In this document: piece by piece, positions 1 to 9,334 of the stretch
How the letters are laid out: each line of letters begins with the position of its first letter
How positions within the stretch are numbered: the first letter of the stretch is position 1
NCBI GenBank assembly: GCA_038867615.1
Contig: JAWBYA010000002.1
Span: 1 to 64,000, forward strand
Reading direction: 5' to 3'
Source: Sulfolobales archaeon
Lineage (GTDB): Archaea; Thermoproteota; Thermoprotei_A; Sulfolobales; AG1
DNA length: 64,000 bases
Program-made: the position numbers and the translations under genes
The notes under the pieces: generated by a model
Database searches by the model: none
Seen by the model: only the letters and a program-made list of their open reading frames with translations
What the model was told of the DNA's origin: nothing

Positions 1-127
1 TCAGGTTGATGAGAAATGTTTTTTCCGCACACCTCCTAATTATAATTATATCAATACTATCACTCCTCCCCATACCCAGCATCTCTGCATCCATACACAC
101 ATACCCACCAACCCAGATCTCCATCAA
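1..127 (+). repeat. Exact direct repeat copy 1 (same as 973..1099); may extend left beyond the window
   Basis: tcaggttgatgagaaatg...cagatctccatcaa reads identically at 1..127 and 973..1099, then diverges. Confidence 0.95.
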
Positions 128-155
128 TCTCAAAAACACAACAAATACACTATAA
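9..155 (+). pseudogene. Truncated copy of the 5' end of the 978..2405 gene (signal peptide plus N-terminal strand, 48 aa)
   Basis: ATG at 9 gives MRNVFSAHLLIIIISILSLLPIPSISASIHTYPPTQISIN-LKNTTNTL, stop TAA at 153..155. Confidence 0.7.
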
Positions 156-311
156 ACAATTCGACCAAGAATCAATTCCAGACCAGCGCAGAAAAACCAA
201 GAACATGGTCAGAGTTAGAAGCAGGGATAAAGAGTATTCTAGTTAATGGGAAGAGAAAGAACACAATTAAATTAGCCTAAAATTTATATATCACCCTTGC
301 TTAACAATTTA

Positions 312-947
312 ATGGAGAAGTCCATGAAGAAATTCGTGAGCATCTCCCACAATAAGAGGGATATTTTCATAGCAGCTACAGCAATAGCCCTAGCCCTATC
401 CATATCAATAGCATACGCCAACGTCTTCGTATATATGCCAATTGGCGTGAGCATACAGCCCGTCTCGCCGCCGGTTAAGTTTGACCTAGGAAGCGGTGCT
501 GGGAAACCTGATCTGGGTCCTGGTAATACTATAACCGTTAACTTTGATGCCAGCAATACCTCGCTTGACATAACGATCCATCCAACTTTCCGTGTATCGT
601 ATTACAAGAACCTATCCATCGTGATCAACACCGATACCAAAGCATACTACCTATACTTCAGAGTAGAGACACCAGCATCCTTGCCTGCTGGTAGTGTAGC
701 TAAGCTCTGTGTCTACCCAGCCGGTGCTGTTAGGAGCCTGAGCGGTTGGCCCGACCCGGATGTACCCTCCTCAGTAACATGCATAAGTCTAACCTCGACG
801 GGTACTAGCTCTCCCTTAACTCTGAGCGCTGGTGGCAAAGTGGAGATAGATGTGTATGTGAGGATACCTCCAGCAGCATCAGTGCCATCATCAACTACCG
901 CCCAGCTCCACCTGATCTACACGCCAACGGCAGAGACACCGCCGTAG
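312..947 (+). CDS. Secreted beta-rich pilin/fibre-like protein (putative major subunit)
   Basis: Signal peptide ending AYA; mature N-terminus NVFVYMPIGVSIQPVSPPVKF; rich in Ser/Thr/Pro; in an operon with a signal peptidase. ATG at 312 chosen because a TATA-like TTTATATA lies about 25 nt upstream (ORF track start 297). Confidence 0.6.
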   Translation: MEKSMKKFVSISHNKRDIFIAATAIALALSISIAYANVFVYMPIGVSIQPVSPPVKFDLGSGAGKPDLGPGNTITVNFDASNTSLDITIHPTFRVSYYKNLSIVINTDTKAYYLYFRVETPASLPAGSVAKLCVYPAGAVRSLSGWPDPDVPSSVTCISLTSTGTSSPLTLSAGGKVEIDVYVRIPPAASVPSSTTAQLHLIYTPTAETPP

Positions 948-972
948 AGTAGATGTAGAAAAGACTACGGGG

Positions 973-1099
973 TCAGGTTGATGAGAAATGTTTTTTCCGC
1001 ACACCTCCTAATTATAATTATATCAATACTATCACTCCTCCCCATACCCAGCATCTCTGCATCCATACACACATACCCACCAACCCAGATCTCCATCAA
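973..1099 (+). repeat. Exact direct repeat copy 2 (same as 1..127)
   Basis: 127-nt identity with the start of the window. Confidence 0.95.
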
Positions 1100-2405
1100 C
1101 CCAACTCCACCACCAATAATGCTTCAAGACCCTGGAACACCTGGTGTGAGCGTCAGCCTAGGGACTGCTGGTACCAGCGCGAGTATATCTGTTTCTCTTT
1201 CTCTAAGCTACTCGATACACCTCCAAACAAACCCTGTGGTTTACTATAACACGCTTGATCAGTTCCCCTTGACAGATTGGATAACAAGCAGGACTGGGAG
1301 CTCGAGCGGCACAACCACGGCGTGGGTTGGTGGGGCGCTTCAGATGTCATCTGGAGCTGTTCGTGTTACTTACTATAGCACAGATATAGTTGATAGAAGC
1401 TATAATGGGTTCTATAATGCATCGGCTTATGTTATGTCTGGGGATCTTAGAGCTGATCGTGTTGTTGGTATAGCCTATGTCCAGGATAGCAATAACTTCT
1501 ATGGTTGCGGGATAGGCGACGGTGGAGGTGGAAGGCTAGTTATACTTAAAAGGGAGAGTGGTTCTATCACCAAGCTTGCTCGAACACCAGGCTTATCGCT
1601 AAGCACCAATACATGGTATTTCTTGGTATGTGGCTTCAACCCGTCTACGGGAGAGATCCGGGCTTATCTATACAACCCAGCAAACGGGAATCTGATAAGC
1701 TCTATATCTTACACAGATACTACTCTGAGTCCGAGCATGGTTGGTTTTTTCGTATGGAGATCAAGCGGGGTCTTTGACGAGCTTGTTGCTGTTCAGGGCG
1801 CTGATCCTCTGAGGATAGCTGTTAACAATGTTCCGAGTGGTTGGAATGCTAGGCTTTACAACGGATCTACATTGCTTCAGAGCATAACCTCAACAGGCTC
1901 TGTGATTGTTTTTAACAACTTCTGGTACGTCAATCCTAATGATGGGCAGCATAGCACTATACTGAGGCAGGGGAGGATAGAGGTCTATGATAACAACGGT
2001 AATCTTAAGGCTGTCTACGGACCTGCTTTTATAATAGGGGGTCAGATTTTCAGCCTAAGTACCCAGACATCTAATGTTATAAGGATTCTTAATATAGGTA
2101 ACACTGATTCCAAGAACTATTACGGGATACTAACGCTCCATAGCTATAGTTCTAGTGGTTTCTCAAGCATATCTATCTATCTATGCAATCCTAGCACGTG
2201 TTCCACGCCAATAACAATACCTCCCGGATCTTTGCAGACTGGCGAGGTTGTGCTACCACTCCAAGAGGTTAGCTATATAATGCTTGAATATAGTGTAAAC
2301 TCTGCAGGAGCCTCGGCTGATATCGCCATACATCTCAGATACTCCTCACTCTCCAGCCAGAACGGTGTTTTGGCGATCTATCCTATAGAGATCCATGTGG
2401 GGTAG
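978..2405 (+). CDS. Secreted pilin-like paralog with an inserted ConA/LamG-like beta-sandwich (putative adhesin or minor subunit)
   Basis: Signal peptide; N-terminal ISINPTPPPIML resembles VSIQPVSPPVKF of the upstream gene; C-terminal ILNIGNTDSKNYY resembles LSIVINTDTKAYY; the middle has lectin-like LSTNTWYFLV and VFDELV motifs. Confidence 0.6.
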   Translation: MMRNVFSAHLLIIIISILSLLPIPSISASIHTYPPTQISINPTPPPIMLQDPGTPGVSVSLGTAGTSASISVSLSLSYSIHLQTNPVVYYNTLDQFPLTDWITSRTGSSSGTTTAWVGGALQMSSGAVRVTYYSTDIVDRSYNGFYNASAYVMSGDLRADRVVGIAYVQDSNNFYGCGIGDGGGGRLVILKRESGSITKLARTPGLSLSTNTWYFLVCGFNPSTGEIRAYLYNPANGNLISSISYTDTTLSPSMVGFFVWRSSGVFDELVAVQGADPLRIAVNNVPSGWNARLYNGSTLLQSITSTGSVIVFNNFWYVNPNDGQHSTILRQGRIEVYDNNGNLKAVYGPAFIIGGQIFSLSTQTSNVIRILNIGNTDSKNYYGILTLHSYSSSGFSSISIYLCNPSTCSTPITIPPGSLQTGEVVLPLQEVSYIMLEYSVNSAGASADIAIHLRYSSLSSQNGVLAIYPIEIHVG

Positions 2406-2410
2406 TTTTT

Positions 2411-3511
2411 ATGAAATTGCTGCAGGTAATAGCCTATCTAGTGCTGCTCGTTATAATTATTCTGAGCTTGGGGAGGTTTTTAGGATTACCTGTATTCATA
2501 GCCCTGGTCGCATCGGGCTCCATGGTTCCTGCTCTCCAGCCTCTCGACATGGTTGTCGCTGCTAGAGAGGATTACAGTGTTGGTGATATTGTGATCTGGT
2601 GTTCTACCCCGATGTATTGTGTGATCCACAGGGTTACTGAGATTCGAAGTGGTGTGATTATAACCAGGGGTGATGCCAACCCAGCCCCGGATCCTCCAAT
2701 AAGCCCGGGTCTAGTTAGGGGTGTGGCTATCCTTGTAATCCCCAGGTTTGTTTGGATCCCTCTTTTAATATTATCACTAGTCCTCTACGCTGCACTGGAG
2801 ATCCGTAAGGGGAGGCTCAGGATCCCTAGACCTCCTAGGGGGCCTATGACGGCCTATACTATTGTGATCCTCTACTCAGTCTCGGTTTTCCTCTTAGCTC
2901 TCACAAGCCCTGTAAATCCCGTGTTATTCGTTAGACTTCCGATACCGAGTGCCGAGATTGTTAAGGTTGGTTTCGATGATAACGATGGATCTATTGTTAT
3001 TATATATAACCTCAGCGATCTGGAGATCAGGTCTATTAATAGCTGCACCTTAATAACAACGGATACCTCTATCAACTGCAACTCTAGCCTCTCTGGCGGC
3101 TCTGTACGGATTGAGATCCCGAGCGAGGTTTTGAGGAAAATGAATCTCGATGGGGTCAGCATGATCAGAGTTGGGCTTAATATAAGCCTCTCAAAGAACG
3201 CCTCTCTCTTAACATACCTATACCCGGTATATATATCGCCAGCACGCCCAGAGATCAACATAACCAAAGGGATTGTTGCGATCCATAACCCCAACCCGTT
3301 CTGCCTCGACACCAATATAACGATCCTATGGGCAAACACTATAGGTCCTTGGAACACGAGCTCCTCTTCAAGATGTATAGAGCCTAAGGAGACAGTGAGG
3401 CTAGATCTAGGTGTATATAGATACGCCTACATAAGGGTTGAATATATAATTAATGGTAAAACCCTGGTAGATCAGAGGGAGGTTATGAGGGATGGCAGAC
3501 CATCTAGCTAG
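2411..3511 (+). CDS. Signal peptidase I, S26B/SipW-like, with extra TM segments and a C-terminal extracellular domain
   Basis: SGSMVP (catalytic Ser), VIHRV (His) and TRGDAN motifs. Confidence 0.85.
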   Translation: MKLLQVIAYLVLLVIIILSLGRFLGLPVFIALVASGSMVPALQPLDMVVAAREDYSVGDIVIWCSTPMYCVIHRVTEIRSGVIITRGDANPAPDPPISPGLVRGVAILVIPRFVWIPLLILSLVLYAALEIRKGRLRIPRPPRGPMTAYTIVILYSVSVFLLALTSPVNPVLFVRLPIPSAEIVKVGFDDNDGSIVIIYNLSDLEIRSINSCTLITTDTSINCNSSLSGGSVRIEIPSEVLRKMNLDGVSMIRVGLNISLSKNASLLTYLYPVYISPARPEINITKGIVAIHNPNPFCLDTNITILWANTIGPWNTSSSSRCIEPKETVRLDLGVYRYAYIRVEYIINGKTLVDQREVMRDGRPSS

Positions 3512-4124
3512 GGATCATGACGTTCTTATAAAAACATCGACCCTCCTGTCAAATATAGTCTGGATCCTCTTACTTCTGTGTTCAATAATATATGCTGTCT
3601 CACAAGCACTCTACCTGATCCTTCCCCTCTACATCTTCTCGGGAGATGCTGAGGGCTATGTAGGGATCATGAGCTATAAACTAAAGATCTTCGGACACGA
3701 CGTAGAATCCCCAGCCCTTGAGTCCCTCAGTTTCCTAGCAATACCAGTAATCATATCGATACCGATCACAACAGTGCTAGTAATAGCAGGCTATTTCCGG
3801 CGAAAACAAGGCTCAGGAATATGGGTAGCCATAGGAGGCTCAGGAATAGCTATAATAGCCTCTGGCATATCTCTAGGCTTAAGGAATGTCGCATCCCTCA
3901 TAGCAGATAATGTCTCGAGAAACTATGGTCATGCGACATCTGCAGGCTATATAATATTCCAGGGCTCTGTATCTACACCAACGCTTGCCCTAAACATGCC
4001 CCTCATAGCATATATATTCTCGCTGGCATTGATGATCCTTCTAACGATCTATTTTGTCATAGACTATCTAGCCAGACGCGCAGAGCACAGATCCGCTGAG
4101 CACAATGCCCCTGGATCCTATTAA
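3492..4124 (+). CDS. Hypothetical multi-pass membrane protein
   Basis: About 4 hydrophobic segments; overlaps the signal peptidase stop, so probably co-transcribed. Confidence 0.75.
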   Translation: MADHLARDHDVLIKTSTLLSNIVWILLLLCSIIYAVSQALYLILPLYIFSGDAEGYVGIMSYKLKIFGHDVESPALESLSFLAIPVIISIPITTVLVIAGYFRRKQGSGIWVAIGGSGIAIIASGISLGLRNVASLIADNVSRNYGHATSAGYIIFQGSVSTPTLALNMPLIAYIFSLALMILLTIYFVIDYLARRAEHRSAEHNAPGSY

Positions 4125-4154
4125 CCCTTATAGCACCTGTCCCGCGATGACGGG

Positions 4155-4877
4155 TTATAGAGCTTCTGCAATAAGGATCCTTTTTGCTATGTCCTCGATC
4201 CTTCTATATAGTTCCAAAATCTCCCTAGCATCGATCTCTGTGGGCTCGTAATCAGGATCATATCTAGCCTTATTCCTTCTCTCAAGGGCTCTGTATAGCT
4301 CTGCTATGATCTCTCGATCTATCGTCCCGCTTGCCACGTAGATCTCTCCAAAAACATGTATATATCCCGCATGGGTTCTCGGAAGATCTCTCCCCGAGAC
4401 TATTATTAGGGCTTTTATCAATAGCTCTACAGCGTTATATCCGAGATCTATTGCTGCTCTATAGATCAGCTGCTCTGCTATCCTTTCAGAATACTCGTAA
4501 TACTCTCTAGCTAGTCTAGCTAGCTTTAAAGCTCTCTCTCTAACGATGCTTTGGTTCATATATAGAACCTCCCCATATTTTTCGACCTCGTAGATAAATG
4601 GGCTATCGCTTCTCTTTGATAAGTATTCCTCAAGATCCATCGATATATACTCTATAGGCTCTCTGTATTCGAGCCATATCTGGTGTGCTGCTTCTGCAAG
4701 AATAGTTCTCGATCTATCATCAACCCTGTCTAGTATGACTAGAACATCTATATCGCTCTCCTCAGCTGCTTTTCCCTTAGCAACACTGCCGAAGAGGTAG
4801 ATCTTATGCACTCTGTTTGTTAGCTCTCTAGCAACTATTGACACGAATCTCGTTGCTGCCTCTCTCTTTCTATCCAT
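4155..4877 (-). CDS. Fused minimal nucleotidyltransferase (MNT)-HEPN domain protein
   Basis: LFGSVAKG...SDIDVLV MNT motif; C-terminal HEPN with YNAVEL, PRTHAG and RNKARY. Confidence 0.85.
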   Translation of the reverse strand: MDRKREAATRFVSIVARELTNRVHKIYLFGSVAKGKAAEESDIDVLVILDRVDDRSRTILAEAAHQIWLEYREPIEYISMDLEEYLSKRSDSPFIYEVEKYGEVLYMNQSIVRERALKLARLAREYYEYSERIAEQLIYRAAIDLGYNAVELLIKALIIVSGRDLPRTHAGYIHVFGEIYVASGTIDREIIAELYRALERRNKARYDPDYEPTEIDAREILELYRRIEDIAKRILIAEAL

Positions 4878-4966
4878 GCCTCTCTAGCTAATATATTGGT
4901 ATGCTAGATATATGCTTCTTATCGCTTTTATATCTCCATAGGTATTCTCCTAATGGGTGGCTTTTT

Positions 4967-5257
4967 CTGAAAGTCCCCAAGGTGATCACTACATACTGTC
5001 CGAGGTGCAAGGGCCATACGGAGCATAGTGTGTCTATCTATAAGCATGGCAAGAGGAGAACCCTCTCAGAGGGGCAGAGGAGATATCTAGCTAAGCAGGA
5101 GGGCTATGGCTCTAAGAGAAAGCCTGAGCAGAAGAGGTTCGCCAAGGTTACTAAGAAGACCGTGCTTAAGCTCAAGTGCCAGAAGTGCGGCTATATACTC
5201 CACAGAAGGGGTCTCAGGCTTAAGAAGGTTGAGCTTGTCGAGGTGGTTGGTGGATGA
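4967..5257 (+). CDS. rpl44e: 50S ribosomal protein L44e (probable CTG start)
   Basis: [14 protein letters not shown]...HTEH...KVTKK...LKCQKCG. CTG at 4967 sits where the conserved Met falls, behind GGGTGG; the ORF-track ATG at 4901 lies upstream of the TATA-like box. Confidence 0.93.
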   Translation: MKVPKVITTYCPRCKGHTEHSVSIYKHGKRRTLSEGQRRYLAKQEGYGSKRKPEQKRFAKVTKKTVLKLKCQKCGYILHRRGLRLKKVELVEVVGG

Positions 5258-5451
5258 GGAAGAGAAAGATCCTTATACCAGAGCCCAGAAGCAGGTTTGT
5301 GAGGGTAAGATGCCCCCAGTGTGGTAACGAGCAGGTTATATTCGATCACGCTACTTTTCCTGTGAGATGCTTTATCTGTGGAACCCAGCTTGTTAGGAGC
5401 ACCGGTGGTAAGGCTATAATCAACGGCGAGGTTATAAAGATCCTGGGGTGA
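5254..5451 (+). CDS. rps27e: 30S ribosomal protein S27e
   Basis: [20 protein letters not shown]...CFICG...TGGKA. Confidence 0.96.
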   Translation: MRKRKILIPEPRSRFVRVRCPQCGNEQVIFDHATFPVRCFICGTQLVRSTGGKAIINGEVIKILG

Positions 5452-5458
5452 GGTTTTT

Positions 5459-6268
5459 CTGGTACTCAAGAGGAAACAGATCCCAGATGTTGGAGAGCTT
5501 GTTATAGCAACCGTTAAGGAGATCTTTGACTACGGTGCCTATGTAACCCTGGACGAGTATAGGGGTTACAGAGCCTTCCTACCGTGGAGCGAGATTACTG
5601 CAAGGCATTTCAAGGATGTTAAGGAAGTGCTGAGGGAAGGGCAGAGGGTTGTGGCTAAGGTGATAAGGGTTGATAGGACTAAGAAGCCCCCCGCGATCGA
5701 TATATCAACTAAGAAAGTGAGTGAGGAGGAGAGAAGGGATAAAATGATCCTTTGGAAAAGGGCTCAGAAGGCCCACAACGTGCTAGAGGTTGTTGCAAAA
5801 AGACTCGGTGTAGGGGTTGAGACTATCTATGAGAAGGCTGGGTGGAAGCTTGAGGATAGATATAGAGAGATCATGAGGGGGTTAGAGGAGCTCGCGATAA
5901 GAGGAGAGGATGCGGCCGCAGGACTGGGGATTGATGAGAACATCCTGAAGATCCTTGTGGAGGAGGCTAGAAGGCATGTAGAGATCAAGAAGGTATCTAT
6001 CTCCGGGATAATAACGGCTAAGTCCAGAGCCCCTGACGGTATAAAGAGGATCAAGGATCTCTTGGGAGGAATGATTGACGAGGTCTCGAAGAAATACTCC
6101 GGGGGCAATATAAAGATAGAGATCTACACCCTAGGAGCCCCCAGATATAGACTGACCCTCGAGGGTACGGATTACAAGGTCCTTGAAAGAGTATTATCGG
6201 AAGCTATAGAGAATGCTAAGGATACTGCTAAGAAGCTCGGTATCGAATTCTCCTTCGAGAGATCCTAG
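5459..6268 (+). CDS. eif2a: Translation initiation factor 2 alpha subunit (probable CTG start)
   Basis: Reading in frame upstream of the ORF-track start gives the S1 domain (PDVGELVIATVKEIFDYGAYVTLDEY...AFLPWSE); C-terminal GAPRYRL; conserved L44e-S27e-aIF2alpha-Nop10 order. Confidence 0.93.
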   Translation: MVLKRKQIPDVGELVIATVKEIFDYGAYVTLDEYRGYRAFLPWSEITARHFKDVKEVLREGQRVVAKVIRVDRTKKPPAIDISTKKVSEEERRDKMILWKRAQKAHNVLEVVAKRLGVGVETIYEKAGWKLEDRYREIMRGLEELAIRGEDAAAGLGIDENILKILVEEARRHVEIKKVSISGIITAKSRAPDGIKRIKDLLGGMIDEVSKKYSGGNIKIEIYTLGAPRYRLTLEGTDYKVLERVLSEAIENAKDTAKKLGIEFSFERS

Positions 6269-6282
6269 AGATCGAGGCTAGC

Positions 6283-6516
6283 GTGATGAAATATAGGATT
6301 AGAAAATGCTCTAGGTGCGGGAGATACACTCTCAAAGAGAAATGCCCCATATGCGGTGCAGAAACAATATCCCCGCATCCAGCCAGGTTCTCGCCAGACG
6401 ATAAATATGTGGAATACAGGGTAAAAGCACTATATAGCGAATCAGGGAAGAGCGAGGAGACAGGGAGTAGCAGTGATAGAGAGGGTAATGCAGCATCTAC
6501 AGATGCCAAGACCTGA
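6283..6516 (+). CDS. nop10: H/ACA RNP component Nop10
   Basis: IRKCSRCGRYTLKEKCPICG...PHPARFSPDDKY. Confidence 0.95.
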   Translation: MMKYRIRKCSRCGRYTLKEKCPICGAETISPHPARFSPDDKYVEYRVKALYSESGKSEETGSSSDREGNAASTDAKT

Positions 6517-6547
6517 AGATTCAAACAAACCGTACGGGTAGATCTAT

Positions 6548-7606
6548 ATGGTGCTGAGAAAAACCCCGTTTGTTGGGAGGGCTAGGGAGCTTGAGTGGAT
6601 AAGGAGACGCAACGAGAACCAGGTATACTTACCAATATTCATCTACGGTCCCGAGGGTTGTGGTAAAACTACACTCTTTATAGAGGCTGTTAGAATGTTC
6701 AAGAGATGGTTTAGCGATGGCCTTGCTATCTATATAAATGCTGAGGAGGACAGAGATCCCAGAAGGATCTTTCATTTCTCAGAGAGCCTAGAAGCGATCG
6801 TTGATTCAATAGCAGAGTCTCTAGGTATGTCGCTGCTCAAGCTGGCTGGTAGATTAGTGGCTGATAAGGTTGGGCTCGTGGTTGAGAAGATCTATCTGAG
6901 ATCCAGGGGTGTGGATCGCGTTTTCGTTGTTATCGATGAGGTTGTAAGATCGCTGGGCTTAAGGAGTGTTGAGGGCTATGCAAAATCCCTCTATAATGCC
7001 ATGAACTTTAGGAGTGAGGGTGAACCCCTCTACGGAAAGATCCTGAACTACATGGCGATAACATCCGAGGGTAGATCTAGAGATCTCCTCTCGAGACATA
7101 GCTATGTGGGCCAATCATATATATGGAATCTCTCTAAAGAGGATTTTGAAAAGCTATATATAGAGCTAGTAAAGATCTATAGCCCTGAGGATCCGTCGAG
7201 AACCCCTAGCTTTTCCACAATATGGAGACTTTATGGCGGTAACCCTAGGAGACTCATTGAACTTGCTACGGAGTTTAGGTGGGATATAGAAGCCCATATA
7301 GAATCGATCAGGCGTGAAAAAGGGATCCCAGGGATCGTTCATATAGCGAGGGAAAAGAACCTGGTCAAGAGGTTAAGAGAAGCTACAGAAGATCCCGACA
7401 ATCTCTATAAAGCAACAGGCACGCTAAGATTAGCCAGACTCCTAGTAGAGAAAAACCTGATCATGGAGCTTCCCCGAGGCCTAGCCCTTGGAGACACCGA
7501 TCCCCCCGTTAATAGCGAGCTAGGAATAGGTGAGAATTGGGCGTGGCAAGTACCGGTATATAGGGATCTTGTTCTCAAAGAGATCGAACGTGTGTCGAGC
7601 GCTTGA
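6548..7606 (+). CDS. Archaeal P-loop ATPase (expanded crenarchaeal paralog family)
   Basis: FVGRARE, Walker A YGPEGCGKT, Walker B VVIDEV, GGNPR and AWQVP. Confidence 0.85.
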   Translation: MVLRKTPFVGRARELEWIRRRNENQVYLPIFIYGPEGCGKTTLFIEAVRMFKRWFSDGLAIYINAEEDRDPRRIFHFSESLEAIVDSIAESLGMSLLKLAGRLVADKVGLVVEKIYLRSRGVDRVFVVIDEVVRSLGLRSVEGYAKSLYNAMNFRSEGEPLYGKILNYMAITSEGRSRDLLSRHSYVGQSYIWNLSKEDFEKLYIELVKIYSPEDPSRTPSFSTIWRLYGGNPRRLIELATEFRWDIEAHIESIRREKGIPGIVHIAREKNLVKRLREATEDPDNLYKATGTLRLARLLVEKNLIMELPRGLALGDTDPPVNSELGIGENWAWQVPVYRDLVLKEIERVSSA

Positions 7607-7857
7607 TTAGAGATAGGTACTAATCCTGCTTCAACTATATGTGGTTTTCACTGTTAGAGGATCTTATCCTGCATATCTGATCATCGATCAAGTGAAATAC
7701 CCAGGTATTTCGCTATCTACCCTAGGATCTTTCTTTTCTTGGGGCTATGTGCTATCACCCCTCCTATCCTATAATATATATGGGGTCTCTCTTCTTGTTC
7801 CTCTTATCAAACATAGTTACTCCTAGTAAGGGTTATCTAGCAATCTCAAGAGGATCT

Positions 7858-8307
7858 GTGGAGTTGCGAGAAGAGATAGCTAGGCATATCCTATCAAAGG
7901 CGAGCAAGGCCGAGATCCTTTGCAGGAACCCGCTTATCATAAGGCTTAGGGCTAGGGGTTATAGTGAGGCTAAAGCCCTTATAGAGGATCTCAGTAGTGA
8001 TGTAATCATAGTGAGGGAGAATGGAGAGCTTGTTAGAGAGCTCTGTGGGGCTGGGAAGAGCTCCCCATATGCCGAGATCTTTGCCTCTCTAGCTAACCAG
8101 ATCCGTGTTAAGGGTCGCAACATACTTTCAGAGCTTGTCAGAGTAACCCCTCTAGTAGCCCCTTCAGCTGTGTCTACGGTTGGGAGGATTATAAACGATA
8201 TGAACATGATCATTGCGGGGTCTATAGCAAGTGGTGGTATACTTATAATTAATCTCTATAGCTCGAGAAAAAGGCAAAGCCACGGGAAGATTTCGAAAGA
8301 GGCTTGA
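7858..8307 (+). CDS. Hypothetical protein
   Basis: Coding-like ORF; GTG at 7858 is the likely start (ORF track 7747); no family recognised. Confidence 0.55.
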   Translation: MELREEIARHILSKASKAEILCRNPLIIRLRARGYSEAKALIEDLSSDVIIVRENGELVRELCGAGKSSPYAEIFASLANQIRVKGRNILSELVRVTPLVAPSAVSTVGRIINDMNMIIAGSIASGGILIINLYSSRKRQSHGKISKEA

Positions 8308-8429
8308 GGCGATATATAATTATATGAAGGCCTAGACGATCTGATCTCAGCTAATAATATCGATCTACTCAAAACCGCATTGACCCGCTGGTTGTTTGTC
8401 ACACAACAAAGATGGTTCTTAATAATAAG

Positions 8430-9137
8430 CTAACGATCAGGGTTTGTTCTAGGCTCAGCATAGCATCCCGAGGGTTTACCGCGAAGCAATATCCTCAACA
8501 CATGGGTTAGATAAGCCACAGGCCCTGGCCTTCTCTCTACAGGCTCTACCATGCCTTTTCTAATGCTCTCCAGGATGTCTTCTACCTTTAGATCGCTTAT
8601 CTCTATGATATTATGAGCAACCCCGATGAAACTAGGTATATGGGCATCGCTGTCCGAAAGGCCTGGAAGCCCTAGTCTCTCTCTAGCCTTTCTAGCTTTT
8701 CTATTGGATAGAGGGTCTGAGAGGGAGTTGAAGACCTCTATCGCGTCTAGCCTTAAACCATAGATCTTTTCCCCCAGCCCTAGCCTCCTTATATCGAATG
8801 GGTGGGGAGCATAGGATATACATCCCTCTTCTCTCGAGACCTCTATAACCTCTTCAGGATCCCTCCCAACCATCCTCTCAACCCTGTCAGAGGGTTTTTC
8901 ACAGAGAACTATTAGATCGCCCATGCTTGTCTTAACCTCGTTACCAGGGATCACTACCATGCTAGCACCGATCCTCTCAACAGCCTTTACTGCAAGCCAG
9001 TACCCCGAGAATGTATTATGATCTGTGACCGCTATAGCCCTCAAACCCCTCATAAGTGCCCTCCTAACTATCTCCTCACCCCCCATAGAGCCGTCGCTAC
9101 ACACACTATGGATCTGTAGATCTGCCTTTATCCTCAA
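8430..9137 (-). CDS. PHP-domain metal-dependent phosphoesterase
   Basis: DLQIHSVCSDG, AVTDHN, APHPFD, IEVFNS, SDAH. Confidence 0.9.
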   Translation of the reverse strand: MRIKADLQIHSVCSDGSMGGEEIVRRALMRGLRAIAVTDHNTFSGYWLAVKAVERIGASMVVIPGNEVKTSMGDLIVLCEKPSDRVERMVGRDPEEVIEVSREEGCISYAPHPFDIRRLGLGEKIYGLRLDAIEVFNSLSDPLSNRKARKARERLGLPGLSDSDAHIPSFIGVAHNIIEISDLKVEDILESIRKGMVEPVERRPGPVAYLTHVLRILLRGKPSGCYAEPRTNPDR

Positions 9138-9334
9138 AAGCCCCCCCCCACATTATCTCTCAACAACCCATTAATTCAACACTATAAGGCCTGTGCCTTA
9201 GCTATTATGAGCCGCATACGCTGCAAAGCTAGTTTGTAGAAGCTTTTCTTTACAATGGTCCTGTAACTATGGGTAGCCATCCTCCGTTTACTAATCAATA
9301 TATCTCCCCACACCTCTTGCTATGTGTGATTAGA

